From positions 492-64,491 of the forward strand of contig WRHR01000001.1 in the NCBI GenBank assembly GCA_009783145.1: DNA of 64,000 nt, written 5' to 3'. Below are positions 36,496-45,356 of this stretch, in pieces. Origin of the DNA: Alphaproteobacteria bacterium (GTDB lineage: Bacteria; Pseudomonadota; Alphaproteobacteria; Rs-D84). Numbering within the stretch: the first letter of the stretch is position 1; every line of letters begins with the position of its first letter. The position numbers and the translations under genes are program-made. A model generated the notes under the pieces. It worked only from the letters and a program-made list of their open reading frames with translations, made no database searches and was not told the origin of the DNA.

Positions 36496-36993
36496 GTCAC
36501 TCCTGCGTAGGCAGGAGTGGGCCCAGACAGTGCAAGCGTAAGCGAGCCTATAAACCTTTCACTATTATTTCCCCACAATCCAGCTTTCTAAAAAATTCTT
36601 CAGTCATTCCTTCTTTGGGCAAGATTTCATCCAATTCCGCCGCCAAATCCTTCCATTCCGGATTCATCGTTTCAATTAATCTATACTTCCAAGCCCGTTT
36701 CCATTTTTTAAGCGCTTTTTCTCTATCAATCGCCTTATCAACATATTGAAACCATTCGTAATAACCAAGTTTCTTCGTATTGTGTTCTTGCGAGTTTCCT
36801 TTTATCAATCCCAGTTTATGCTCCATAACACGACGTTCTAAATCGTTGGTCATACCGATGTACGTTGCCTGAGCGCGTTCATTGAACATGATATAAACCC
36901 AAAAATTGTATTCTTTGAATTCTTTCATAAAAAGAGAATAGCGAAGTTCGGAAATATTTTCAAGACCCACTCCTGCCTACGCAGGAGTGACAA
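36496..36993. mobile_element. Candidate mobile cassette: a GIY-YIG gene bounded by perfect 27-bp terminal inverted repeats TGTCACTCCTGCGTAGGCAGGAGTGGG. Each repeat is itself a family-B hairpin.
   Basis: The left TIR lies at 36496-36522. The right TIR at 36967-36993 is its exact reverse complement. The gene's start and stop codons abut the repeats. Confidence 0.45.
36548..36928 (-). CDS. Small GIY-YIG nuclease-family protein (URI-domain type)
   Basis: NFWVYIMFNERAQATYIGMTNDLERRVMEH...NPEWKDL. Paralogue of 17627..17935. Confidence 0.7.
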   Translation of the reverse strand: MKEFKEYNFWVYIMFNERAQATYIGMTNDLERRVMEHKLGLIKGNSQEHNTKKLGYYEWFQYVDKAIDREKALKKWKRAWKYRLIETMNPEWKDLAAELDEILPKEGMTEEFFRKLDCGEIIVKGL

Positions 36994-37024
36994 AAATTTT
37001 TCTTACGAAAAATTTTCTAAAATA

Positions 37025-37062
37025 AAAAATCGCCGCGATTGCGGCGATTTTTCATTCCGGTT
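37025..37062. terminator. Bidirectional terminator with the stem ATCGCCGCGATTGCGGCGAT, identical to 14032-14051. It lies just 3' of the DGR target gene.
   Basis: Seen directly. Confidence 0.7.
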
Positions 37063-37075
37063 ACTGTTTTTTCGT

Positions 37076-37810
37076 TTACCGTTTTCTCGCGTTCAGTTCT
37101 TTTACACGTTGCTCGACGAACCGGCGAACGCCCGCCCAGAGATCCGCGCCCTCGTTCAGGTTGCGCGACGAGTGGTCCAGCGCGATCTGCGCGCAATCCG
37201 AACGGGCCCTGTTCCAAGCGCCCAGCGAAACATCCTCATCTTTATCCTCAAACAATCTTGCTATCTCGCCTGTCTTCGTGTTATACAAATAATACATCGC
37301 TACTGCGCCGTCCGATTCCCCCAGCTTTGTCTTCTTTACTTTCTTTGCGTATGTGCTTTCCTTGATACCAATCCCAGGGCCGGCGGTTATTCCGCACAGT
37401 TTCCAATCTGAATCTTTCAGCTCCGGCTGATTATCCACGAACTTCTTCGCACGCTTCATTTCCGCCTGGTCTTTATATATGGTATGGTTATTGTCGCCAT
37501 ACGCCGTGTTCAGGTAGAAATTATCCGCATTGTTGCTGTATACTCCATCCCCACCGTTAATGATATCGTACGCATAGCCCACAAGTTGGCTGTTCTGGTT
37601 GATGATCGTCGTCATCTTTGCCATTGTTTCTTTCAGATCAAGGGGTTTTACCTGGGATTCCAACCGCTCTAACCTTGCGGCCAATTCTTTGTTTTGAATT
37701 TCCAAATTTTTGACTTTAATGCTCAAGCTTTTATGACCGCGAAAAAAGAACTCGTAAACTTTATTTTCCGCAATCTGCTGCTTCAACGTTTTCGGCTTTT
37801 CATTAGACAT
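37076..37810 (-). CDS. DGR variable (target) protein: coiled-coil N-terminus, with the C-terminal VR encoding an Asn-rich CLec/FGE-sulfatase-like ligand-binding tip
   Basis: The C-terminal 40 codons (LGAWNRARSDCAQIALDHSSRNLNEGADLWAGVRRFVEQ) form a 120-bp VR matching the TR at 38055-38174. All differences sit at TR adenines. Confidence 0.8.
   Translation of the reverse strand: MSNEKPKTLKQQIAENKVYEFFFRGHKSLSIKVKNLEIQNKELAARLERLESQVKPLDLKETMAKMTTIINQNSQLVGYAYDIINGGDGVYSNNADNFYLNTAYGDNNHTIYKDQAEMKRAKKFVDNQPELKDSDWKLCGITAGPGIGIKESTYAKKVKKTKLGESDGAVAMYYLYNTKTGEIARLFEDKDEDVSLGAWNRARSDCAQIALDHSSRNLNEGADLWAGVRRFVEQRVKELNARKR
37113..37232 (-). repeat. DGR variable repeat (VR), 120 bp, at the 3' end of the target gene
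   Basis: Reverse complement is 110/120 identical to the TR. The 10 mismatches all correspond to A in the TR (A to C/G/T). Confidence 0.85.
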
Positions 37811-38054
37811 TTTTATATCCTTTGGTTGTTTGCCCGCGAATTGTACCGCAACTTATTATTTTGTCAAGCAATTTTTGCCGTTTATTTTTGTCATTCCCAA
37901 AAATTCGCGCAAATTCCCCATTTTGACGGCTTTAATAATAAACATCTATAGAATTGTTTGTCAAATCGCAAAATATATCGCTGGCGCGAATCGGACTAAA
38001 TTCCCAGACTGGGCCACAGGCCGTATATCGCAAAAAACCGTTGGTTTGCCGCCG

Positions 38055-38174
38055 TGTTTCGCTGGGCGATTGGAACAGGAACCGTTCGAATTGCGCGCAG
38101 AACGCGCTGAACCACTCGTCGAACAACCTGAACGAGGGCACGAATCTCTGGGCGGGCGTTCGCCGGTTCGTCGA
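38055..38174 (+). repeat. DGR template repeat (TR), 120 bp and AAC-rich, in sense orientation with the RT
   Basis: TGTTTCGCTGGGCGATTGGAACAGGAACCGTTCGAATTGCGCGCAGAACGCGCTGAACCACTCGTCGAACAACCTGAACGAGGGCACGAATCTCTGGGCGGGCGTTCGCCGGTTCGTCGA. It encodes GDWNRNRSNCAQNALNHSSNNLNEGTNLWAGVRRF. Confidence 0.85.
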
Positions 38175-38509
38175 TACTTGTTGTCAAAAGTTTAGCCAAC
38201 CCGGGGGACGCGGGGTTTCCCCGCCATAGCCGACACACAAGGCTGGATATGCGACCTTCTTGGGGCCAGGCCCCGGGAAAACACGATAACCGGGAAAGCC
38301 GCCACCCTTCGCGCTGGCGCGCTACGGGTGGCAGGCCCCCTGTGGTGCAATAACGCAAACGGCCGCGGCTTTGATTCATTTTTACAAAATCGCAAAGTGA
38401 TTTTGTCATTGCGGTTCCGGCCTTCGCCGGAATGACAAACCGGGTCCGCAATGACAATTTTTTGTTTTACAAAAAATTGCAAAAATAAAAAACAAAAAAA
38501 GAACCAACT

Positions 38510-38809
38510 ATGACCGATGAAATCCATTCCTTTTCTGACTTCGCCGACAGCCGCCCTGCCCTGGACGGCAGAAAGCGCCGCATCGACGAAGTCCTGAACA
38601 AGCCCATCACCGTTCGCGGGCACAAAATCATCGCTTCGAAAAAAAACGCGGGCGAAATGTGCCTGCACTTGCAATTCGAAATGGACGGCGAGCTGTGCAT
38701 ACTCTTCACCGGCAGCGCCGTTCTTATCGACCAATGCGAAAAGTACGCCGATAAAATCCCGTTCCGCACCAGCATCGTCCGCATAGATAAATATTTTTCG
38801 TTCTCGTGA
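38510..38809 (+). CDS. DGR-associated accessory ORF (99 aa), translationally coupled to the RT. It is not obviously Avd-like.
   Basis: Its stop overlaps the RT ATG (ATGA). It lies between the TR and the RT, where accessory genes usually sit. The sequence looks beta-rich rather than a helical bundle. Confidence 0.4.
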   Translation: MTDEIHSFSDFADSRPALDGRKRRIDEVLNKPITVRGHKIIASKKNAGEMCLHLQFEMDGELCILFTGSAVLIDQCEKYADKIPFRTSIVRIDKYFSFS

Positions 38810-39822
38810 CTTCGCTTTGGTCTGATTTTATATCCCATGAAAATTTCGCGCTTGCGCTGAAAAATGCAACCCGCGGGCGCAAGACCAAGCCTTCTATCGC
38901 GCATTTCTTGAAAAACGCGGACGAGAATTTGGAAAACCTGCGCCAGCTTGTCATCGCCGGAGGGTTCAAGACCTCGCCCTATCGCACCATGGAAATCACG
39001 GATCCCAAGCGCCGCACAATATACATTCTTCCTTTCTGCCCCGACCGATTGCTTCATCACGCCTTGATGAATATTCTTGCCCCGATATGGGAGGCCGGAT
39101 TCATCCGAGATTCTTATGCCTGCATCACGGGACGCGGCCTGCACTCCGCCAGCCGGCGCACCATGCAATTCGTACGCCGGAATCAATACGTGCTGAAATG
39201 CGACATCAGAAAATTCTATCCCAGCATCGATCATAATATAATGTATGAAATCGTGAAGAAGTCTCTTCCGCCCGGCAACGAGAATATCCTGGCCATCCTG
39301 CATGACATTATATACTCAACTGCAGGCGGCAAGAACCTTCCCATAGGAAACCTCTGCAGCCAATGGATGGGAAACCTGTACCTGCACGAAATGGATATAT
39401 ATATAAAGCATGAATTGCGCGTGCGAGATTATTTGCGATACAGCGACGACTTTTGCCTGTTTTCAAACGACAATGCCCAACTGCGCGGGTGGCGCGACAA
39501 AATCCGAGAATTTCTGGCCGCGCGATTGGGGCTGATATTTTCCAAGGCCGAGATTTTTCCAGTGTCGAACGGCCTGGACTTTGTCGGATACCGGCATTTC
39601 AAGGATTTCGTCCTTTTGCGCAAGCGCACGTTGAAAAAGATAAAGTCGCGCATGCTGGAAATCGGCGAGATGAAAAATATAGCACCCGCAAACGCGGAGC
39701 GCATTCGCGGCCAGGTTGCCGCGGCGCACGGCTGGCTGAAATTCGCGTGCTCTTATAACCTGCGCAAAAAGCTGCGGTTCGAAACACTAAAGAAAAAAGT
39801 CGGGATTATTGTTTCCAGTTGA
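38806..39822 (+). CDS. Diversity-generating retroelement reverse transcriptase
   Basis: RT motifs 1-5 are present: RRTIYILPFCPDRLLHHAL, SYACITGRGLHSA, YVLKCDIRKFYPSIDH, the DGR-specific LPIGNLCSQWMGNLYLHEMD, and YLRYSDDFCLF (YxDD). Confidence 0.9.
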   Translation: MTSLWSDFISHENFALALKNATRGRKTKPSIAHFLKNADENLENLRQLVIAGGFKTSPYRTMEITDPKRRTIYILPFCPDRLLHHALMNILAPIWEAGFIRDSYACITGRGLHSASRRTMQFVRRNQYVLKCDIRKFYPSIDHNIMYEIVKKSLPPGNENILAILHDIIYSTAGGKNLPIGNLCSQWMGNLYLHEMDIYIKHELRVRDYLRYSDDFCLFSNDNAQLRGWRDKIREFLAARLGLIFSKAEIFPVSNGLDFVGYRHFKDFVLLRKRTLKKIKSRMLEIGEMKNIAPANAERIRGQVAAAHGWLKFACSYNLRKKLRFETLKKKVGIIVSS

Positions 39823-39870
39823 CAAATCATATTTATTTGCTAACTTGTTCGAAAACAAAGGATCAAACAG

Positions 39871-40563
39871 ATGCAATTAACATACGGTCCGTTCCAGGCG
39901 CTGGAACAGCAGGAATTCAAACAAGGGAACGGGAGCTTTGAAATCGAGGCTTTAAGATTCGCCAGATTGTTGCACAAACTGTCATTCGAAAGAAAAATCA
40001 ATTTCAACCACATTTTCAAGTTCTTATCCGCCAGGCCCGATAACGAATATTGGTTCGCCGACAACAACGGCAACCCTTTCGCCGGCATCATCGCCTTGGA
40101 ATACCACACCAAGGCCTTGGCGGACTCGCGATTCGAAATGCACAAGAAGTATGACGATCTGCGATTGGTTTTATCCGGAGAAACAACCATACTTCTTTTG
40201 GATAAAAGCCTGCTTAAATGGGGCAAATTCAATCAGGCGGACGATGTGGCCTTATCCGAAGAAAATTGCTTGGAAGCGCTTTGGCCGCGCAGCTTGCAAT
40301 TCGAGAAAATTCACACGTCGCCCGCGAATCAAAAGATTGACTCTGTCAAGCTTACGGCAAACGGGCTGAACGTTGGCGCGGAAGCGGGCTTGTTATACCA
40401 TATCCCCGCCGGGATGCCTCATGCGCCGGGAATGAATCCGGATAAGCTCGGCGCCTTTGATAAAGTAAGAGAACTGGTCGTAAAATACGACGCGCGGAAA
40501 AGAACTACTCATGACTGGCAAGACAAAGAAATAGGTTATTTTATCTCGGAAGTGAAACGTTAA
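39871..40563 (+). CDS. Hypothetical protein (230 aa) immediately downstream of the DGR RT
   Basis: Clean ORF with a terminator at 40565-40592. No family recognised. Confidence 0.4.
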   Translation: MQLTYGPFQALEQQEFKQGNGSFEIEALRFARLLHKLSFERKINFNHIFKFLSARPDNEYWFADNNGNPFAGIIALEYHTKALADSRFEMHKKYDDLRLVLSGETTILLLDKSLLKWGKFNQADDVALSEENCLEALWPRSLQFEKIHTSPANQKIDSVKLTANGLNVGAEAGLLYHIPAGMPHAPGMNPDKLGAFDKVRELVVKYDARKRTTHDWQDKEIGYFISEVKR

Positions 40564-40648
40564 AAATCCGTCGCGGCGCGACGGATTTTTTCTATTTGCC
40601 CACCCCTCGCCTTTATGCTATGCTTTCCCCGCTTATAAAGGAAAAAAT

Positions 40649-41542
40649 ATGAACGACGTTATAATTCTTGGCAGCGGGCCGGCCGGCCTAACCGCGGCCT
40701 TATACTGCGCGCGCGGCGGAAAAAGCGCGCTTGTCTTGGGCGGAAATACGCTTGGCGGGCAAATGGCGACAATTGCGGAATTGGAAAACTATCCCGGATT
40801 TTTGGGCAGCGGATTGGAACTTGCCGAGAAAATGAAACTTCAAGCCGAAAAATTCGGCGCAAAGGTCATCCTTGCTTCCGCGAAAGCGATCAAAACCAAA
40901 GACTCCGGATTTGCCGTCATAACCGACGACGGCAAGGAATGTGAGTCTCGCGCCGTCATCATCGCGACCGGCGCAAGTCCCAGAAAGCTGGAAATCGCCG
41001 GCGCGCGCGAATTCTTGGGCCGCGGGGTTTCCTATTGCGCGACCTGCGACGGATTCTTTTACAGCGGCCGCGACGTGATCGTCATCGGCGGCGGAAACGC
41101 CGCGCTGAACGATGCCTTGTACCTTGCCAACATCGCAAAGTCCGTCAAGATCGTATATCGCAAGGATTCTTTCGCCCGTGCCGAGAAAATCTTGGTAGAT
41201 CGCATAAACGCGACCGGCAATATATTCGTCCTTTGGAATACCGAACTGGCCGAGGTCGGCGGCGACGAGTCAGGAGTAACTTTTGCAATAACAACGGGCG
41301 GAGATAAAATCGCAGCGAGCGGGGTTTTCGTCGCAATCGGGCACGAGGCAAATACCGATTATCTGACCGAAGATATAAAGCGCGACGCAATGGGCCGCTT
41401 GGCGCCGAACGCCCTGCCCCAGGGGATTTTCGTCGCAGGCGACGTGCGCTCTGAGCTAAAAATGCAAATCGCGACCGCCGTCGGCACGGGCTGCGAATGC
41501 GCAATGGACGCGGTGGCGTATTTGAATTCAATTGAAAATTAA
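40649..41542 (+). CDS. trxB: Thioredoxin-disulfide reductase
   Basis: GSGPAGLTAALY FAD motif, CATCDG redox-active disulfide, and GGGNAA NADPH motif. Confidence 0.9.
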   Translation: MNDVIILGSGPAGLTAALYCARGGKSALVLGGNTLGGQMATIAELENYPGFLGSGLELAEKMKLQAEKFGAKVILASAKAIKTKDSGFAVITDDGKECESRAVIIATGASPRKLEIAGAREFLGRGVSYCATCDGFFYSGRDVIVIGGGNAALNDALYLANIAKSVKIVYRKDSFARAEKILVDRINATGNIFVLWNTELAEVGGDESGVTFAITTGGDKIAASGVFVAIGHEANTDYLTEDIKRDAMGRLAPNALPQGIFVAGDVRSELKMQIATAVGTGCECAMDAVAYLNSIEN

Positions 41543-41642
41543 AAAATTCGCCGGCTTTGCCGGCGGATTTTTTACCCTTGCCCCGAATCGGCGTTTTTTG
41601 TAAAATCTCCCTCAGGATATACTTATATAATAGGAGTTTAGT

Positions 41643-42761
41643 ATGGAATTCTCAGTATTTCGCCAAGTTCTGATAAAGGCGCTGGGGCATATGCAGTCTA
41701 TCGTGGAAAAACGCGCGACTCTGCCAATCTTGATGAATGTGAAGATGGAGGTCTCGGACGACTTGGTGCTTTCCGCGACTAATGTAGACTTGGAATTGAT
41801 CGAGCATGTTCCGGCCGACATCACGCTGGCGGGGAAAATCACCGTGCCTGTGCAGATGCTGTACGACATCACGCGCAAACTGCCCGAAGATGCGGAAATC
41901 AAGTTCAAGCAATCCGGCGACCAACTGGTCGTATCATCCGGGCGCGCGGTGTTCCGCTTGCCCACGCTGCCGGCAGAAAACTTCCCCATGATGGCGAACG
42001 CCAATCTGACGACCAAGTTCGCTATGACCACCGGGGATCTGGCGCACCTTATCAATCAGACGAAGTTTGCGATTCCGACCGACGACGTGCGTTATCACCT
42101 TGGCGGGATTTACTTTCATATTACCGAGGAAGGCAAGCACAAGATGCTTACCGCGGTCGCGACGGATTCCCAGCGCTTGGCGTTATGCCAGATGGCGGCG
42201 CCGGAGGGAAGCGCGGAAATGCCCGCGGTTATCTTGCCGCGCCGCGTTATCGGAGAGCTGTCAAAACTGCTTGAAGACGCAACTGTTGATGATGTCACGG
42301 TGGAGTTGTCGGATACCAAGGCGCGCTTTACAGTTGGCGCCGCGACGCTTACCAGCAAGCTGGTCGACGCGCAGTATCCGAACTATCGCGTGGTGATTCC
42401 AAAGGGCAACGACAAAATCGCAACCATCGACAGAAAGCAATTTATCAGCGCGGTTGATTTGGTATCCATCGCCAGCCAGGATAAAACAAAGTCCGTGCAG
42501 TTGGAATTCTCCATGAACCGGCTGGTTATCAACGCGTCCAGCCCGGATGCTGGTGCGGCGACGCAGGAAATAGATATTGAATATAACGGCGACGATACGT
42601 TTGCGATCGCGTTCAATGTGAAGTTCTTGCTGGATATCGCGAACCAGGTCGAAGGCGACAAGTTCCAGATAGAAATGCAGGAACCGCTGAGCCCGACGAT
42701 CATAAAGTCCAAGGACAAGAAAACGGACGCATTATTCATCCTTATGCCGATACGTATGTAA
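41643..42761 (+). CDS. dnaN: DNA polymerase III beta sliding clamp
   Basis: Three-domain beta-clamp architecture, 372 aa, with an N-terminus of the MEFSVFRQVLIKAL... type. Confidence 0.85.
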   Translation: MEFSVFRQVLIKALGHMQSIVEKRATLPILMNVKMEVSDDLVLSATNVDLELIEHVPADITLAGKITVPVQMLYDITRKLPEDAEIKFKQSGDQLVVSSGRAVFRLPTLPAENFPMMANANLTTKFAMTTGDLAHLINQTKFAIPTDDVRYHLGGIYFHITEEGKHKMLTAVATDSQRLALCQMAAPEGSAEMPAVILPRRVIGELSKLLEDATVDDVTVELSDTKARFTVGAATLTSKLVDAQYPNYRVVIPKGNDKIATIDRKQFISAVDLVSIASQDKTKSVQLEFSMNRLVINASSPDAGAATQEIDIEYNGDDTFAIAFNVKFLLDIANQVEGDKFQIEMQEPLSPTIIKSKDKKTDALFILMPIRM

Positions 42762-42867
42762 TATAATCCCGCAAATGCGGGATTATTTATTTATCTTTAC
42801 AATATAGGAAATAAAATTTTAGCGCGGGCGCGTCGTTTGTGATATCATTCCAAAAAAAGGAACCACA

Positions 42868-43398
42868 ATGAGCATCGAACACATCAAGCCCGGCAAGGAG
42901 CCGCCCAAAATTATGACCGCCGTCATAGAAGTGCCCGAAAACGGCACCGTGAAATATGAAATCGATAAGGAAACGGGCTTGCTGCGCGTCGACAGAATCC
43001 TGCACACGCCGCTGGCCTATCCGGCGAACTATGGATATTTCCCAGGAACCTTGGGCGATGATGGCGACCCGCTGGACTGCGTGGTCGTATGCAACGCCGC
43101 CCTGCGCCCCGGCGTTCTAATCGAAGTCCGCCCCATCGGCGCGCTGATAATGGAAGACAATGCCGGCGGCGACGAGAAAATCATCTGCGTGCCCACGGAC
43201 AAAATCGACCCGTTTCATACGCGAACTTCGCATACCGAATGGCTGCCGCCGATACTGCGCGCCAAAATCGAGTACTTCTTCCAGCATTACAAAGACCTAG
43301 AGCCGAAATCCTGGTCGAAAGTCATCGGCTGGGCCGACCGCGAAACCGCGGACAAGATTATCATGGACAGCATAAAGAGATATAAGAAAAAGAAATAA
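42868..43398 (+). CDS. ppa: Inorganic pyrophosphatase (family I)
   Basis: DPLDCVVV...EDNAGGDEKIICVP matches the family I PPase signature. Confidence 0.9.
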   Translation: MSIEHIKPGKEPPKIMTAVIEVPENGTVKYEIDKETGLLRVDRILHTPLAYPANYGYFPGTLGDDGDPLDCVVVCNAALRPGVLIEVRPIGALIMEDNAGGDEKIICVPTDKIDPFHTRTSHTEWLPPILRAKIEYFFQHYKDLEPKSWSKVIGWADRETADKIIMDSIKRYKKKK

Positions 43399-43434
43399 TA
43401 TGATATAATTCTTTTACACAAAAGGAGTGGGCTA

Positions 43435-44040
43435 ATGAAAGCACTTGTAAATTCACTATCAATTTTTCGCATCGTCGCGGCGTTCGCGATAATTCCGGCA
43501 TTCTTGTTCCAAATGCATTGGACGCTGTTCGTACTTTTCTCGCTTGCGGGAATCAGCGATTTCTTTGACGGGTATCTGGCCAAGAAATACAAGGTCGTCA
43601 CCAAAATCGGCGGGGTTCTGGATCACATCGGCGACAAGCTGCTGGTAATCAACTCCATGATTATCCTGGCGGTGGTGATGCGTATGTGGTTCGTTCTGAT
43701 TCCGATCATACTGATGGTATCGCGTGAGATTTATGTCAGCGGCCTGCGCGAGTTCCTGGGCTCGCAGAAAATAGAAATGCCGGTGGACAGCAAAAACGGA
43801 TATTTTTCTATGGCAAAGGTAAAAACATTTTTGCAGATGGTGTCTGTCGGAGCGTTTTTCCTGCTAATCGCGTTGGGCTCCAGCATTACCGGGCCGATTT
43901 CAGGCAAGGCGTTGCTTTACTTCCTGATAGCGTTGCCGTATATATGCATCTGGGGATTGTGGCTGTCGTTTGCCGCCAGTTGGTGGTCGGGGGGAACTTA
44001 CACATACGACTTTATAAAGAAAATAAAAAAGCTGAAATAA
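43435..44040 (+). CDS. pgsA: CDP-alcohol phosphatidyltransferase (PgsA-like)
   Basis: DFFDGYLAKKYKVVTKIGGVLDHIGDK matches the D-G-x2-A-R-x8-G-x3-D-x3-D motif. Multi-TM protein. Confidence 0.75.
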   Translation: MKALVNSLSIFRIVAAFAIIPAFLFQMHWTLFVLFSLAGISDFFDGYLAKKYKVVTKIGGVLDHIGDKLLVINSMIILAVVMRMWFVLIPIILMVSREIYVSGLREFLGSQKIEMPVDSKNGYFSMAKVKTFLQMVSVGAFFLLIALGSSITGPISGKALLYFLIALPYICIWGLWLSFAASWWSGGTYTYDFIKKIKKLK

Positions 44041-44068
44041 AAAACCGCCCAACGGGCGGTTTTTTATT
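44041..44068. terminator. Bidirectional terminator AAAAACCGCCCAACGGGCGGTTTTTT between pgsA and dnaA
   Basis: Seen directly. Confidence 0.75.
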
Positions 44069-45356
44069 TGCATTCGTTTATCATCTGTTCCAGTTCAGCA
44101 TTCAGGATCAAGTCGGTCTTGCGCGCGGATTCAATTTGGGCGATTCCATACAGCACCGTCGCATGATCTCGGTCGCCCATCAAGCGCCCTATTTCAGACA
44201 AAGACAATTTCGTCGCGGATTTCAGTGCGAACATCATTATCTGCCGCGCGCGGACTATGGCGCGCGTCCTTGCCGGACTGCATACCGCATCGAACGAAAC
44301 CCCCGTCTTGTCGCACATCGCACGAACCATCCCCGTTGGGGTTTTGTTTTTCTGCAGCGAATCAGACAGCAGCCTTTCCGCGACTTCAACCGTGACTTTT
44401 TCATCCATCAACTCACTATATGCGCTGATTTTTTTAAGCACCCCCGCAACCAGATGCCCGTCCGCCGCAATGCGCCCGGACAAAGCGTCCGCGACATCCG
44501 CGGGCGCGCCCGCGCGTCCCAGCATCAGCCTGCGCACCGTCCGGTTCGGCGCCGTCAGATCCGCCGTCAGCCCGCTGGCCAAGACCGATTGCACGCGGCG
44601 GTCGAATCCCCCCAGACTCGCGGGAGCCGCGTTCGCGGTCAGGACAACGTTTGTTCCATTCCGAATCAAGTCCAAAACCAGCGACAGGAATTCGTCAGTG
44701 CAGGCGCGCTTGCCGGAGAGACACTGCACATCGTCCAGTATAAAAGTGTCGCAATTGCGGCAGAAATCCTTAAAAGCGAAAACGGACTTTTCGTTTATAG
44801 CGCGCAGGAATTCGGATACGAACCCGGCGCCCGTCATCATCAGCACTTGGCCGTTCGCGGCCGTATTTATGCAATTCGCCAGCAAGGTTTTGCCAGAACC
44901 CGGCGCGCCGTAAATGAAAAGGGGCGAAAAACTGACCGTACCGCTCGCCAATTTTTTCGCCGCCGAAACCACGAAAGAGTTCTCTTCCGAAACGATAAAA
45001 TCGTCAAAAGCATTCTTAACCTCGGCGACGACGCGAAGCGGCCGCGACGGGCGAAACTCCGAAACATTATTATCATTGACCGATGTCGTGACCGTTTGCG
45101 CGGCGCGCCCCACCCCAATGGATAATGCCAGTCCCAAATCCGCCGCGACGGATTCCAGAATATTAAGATAAGTTCTTTTGATAAAATCGGCGGAGAATTG
45201 ATTTTGAGCGACGATATTCAGATTATTTTCGAAGACGGAGACTTTCAGCGGGGCGATCCAAGATTCATAAACGCCAGCGGGCATTTTTGCTGCGATAGCT
45301 TTTCGGATAGATTCCGGGTTTGTCGCCCGAACCTGTATCGAAGCCGCTGCCTGCAT
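44064..45356 (-). CDS. dnaA: Chromosomal replication initiator DnaA
   Basis: AAA+ Walker A GAPGSGKT, and domain IV ...LSLSEIGRLMGDRDHATVLYGIAQIE... Confidence 0.9.
   Translation of the reverse strand: MQAAASIQVRATNPESIRKAIAAKMPAGVYESWIAPLKVSVFENNLNIVAQNQFSADFIKRTYLNILESVAADLGLALSIGVGRAAQTVTTSVNDNNVSEFRPSRPLRVVAEVKNAFDDFIVSEENSFVVSAAKKLASGTVSFSPLFIYGAPGSGKTLLANCINTAANGQVLMMTGAGFVSEFLRAINEKSVFAFKDFCRNCDTFILDDVQCLSGKRACTDEFLSLVLDLIRNGTNVVLTANAAPASLGGFDRRVQSVLASGLTADLTAPNRTVRRLMLGRAGAPADVADALSGRIAADGHLVAGVLKKISAYSELMDEKVTVEVAERLLSDSLQKNKTPTGMVRAMCDKTGVSFDAVCSPARTRAIVRARQIMMFALKSATKLSLSEIGRLMGDRDHATVLYGIAQIESARKTDLILNAELEQMINECK

Noticed and set aside
44064-45356. Multiple internal ORFs on the plus strand within dnaA (43944..45125, 44257..44913)
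   Set aside because: Shadow ORFs. DnaA on the minus strand has Walker motifs and domain IV.
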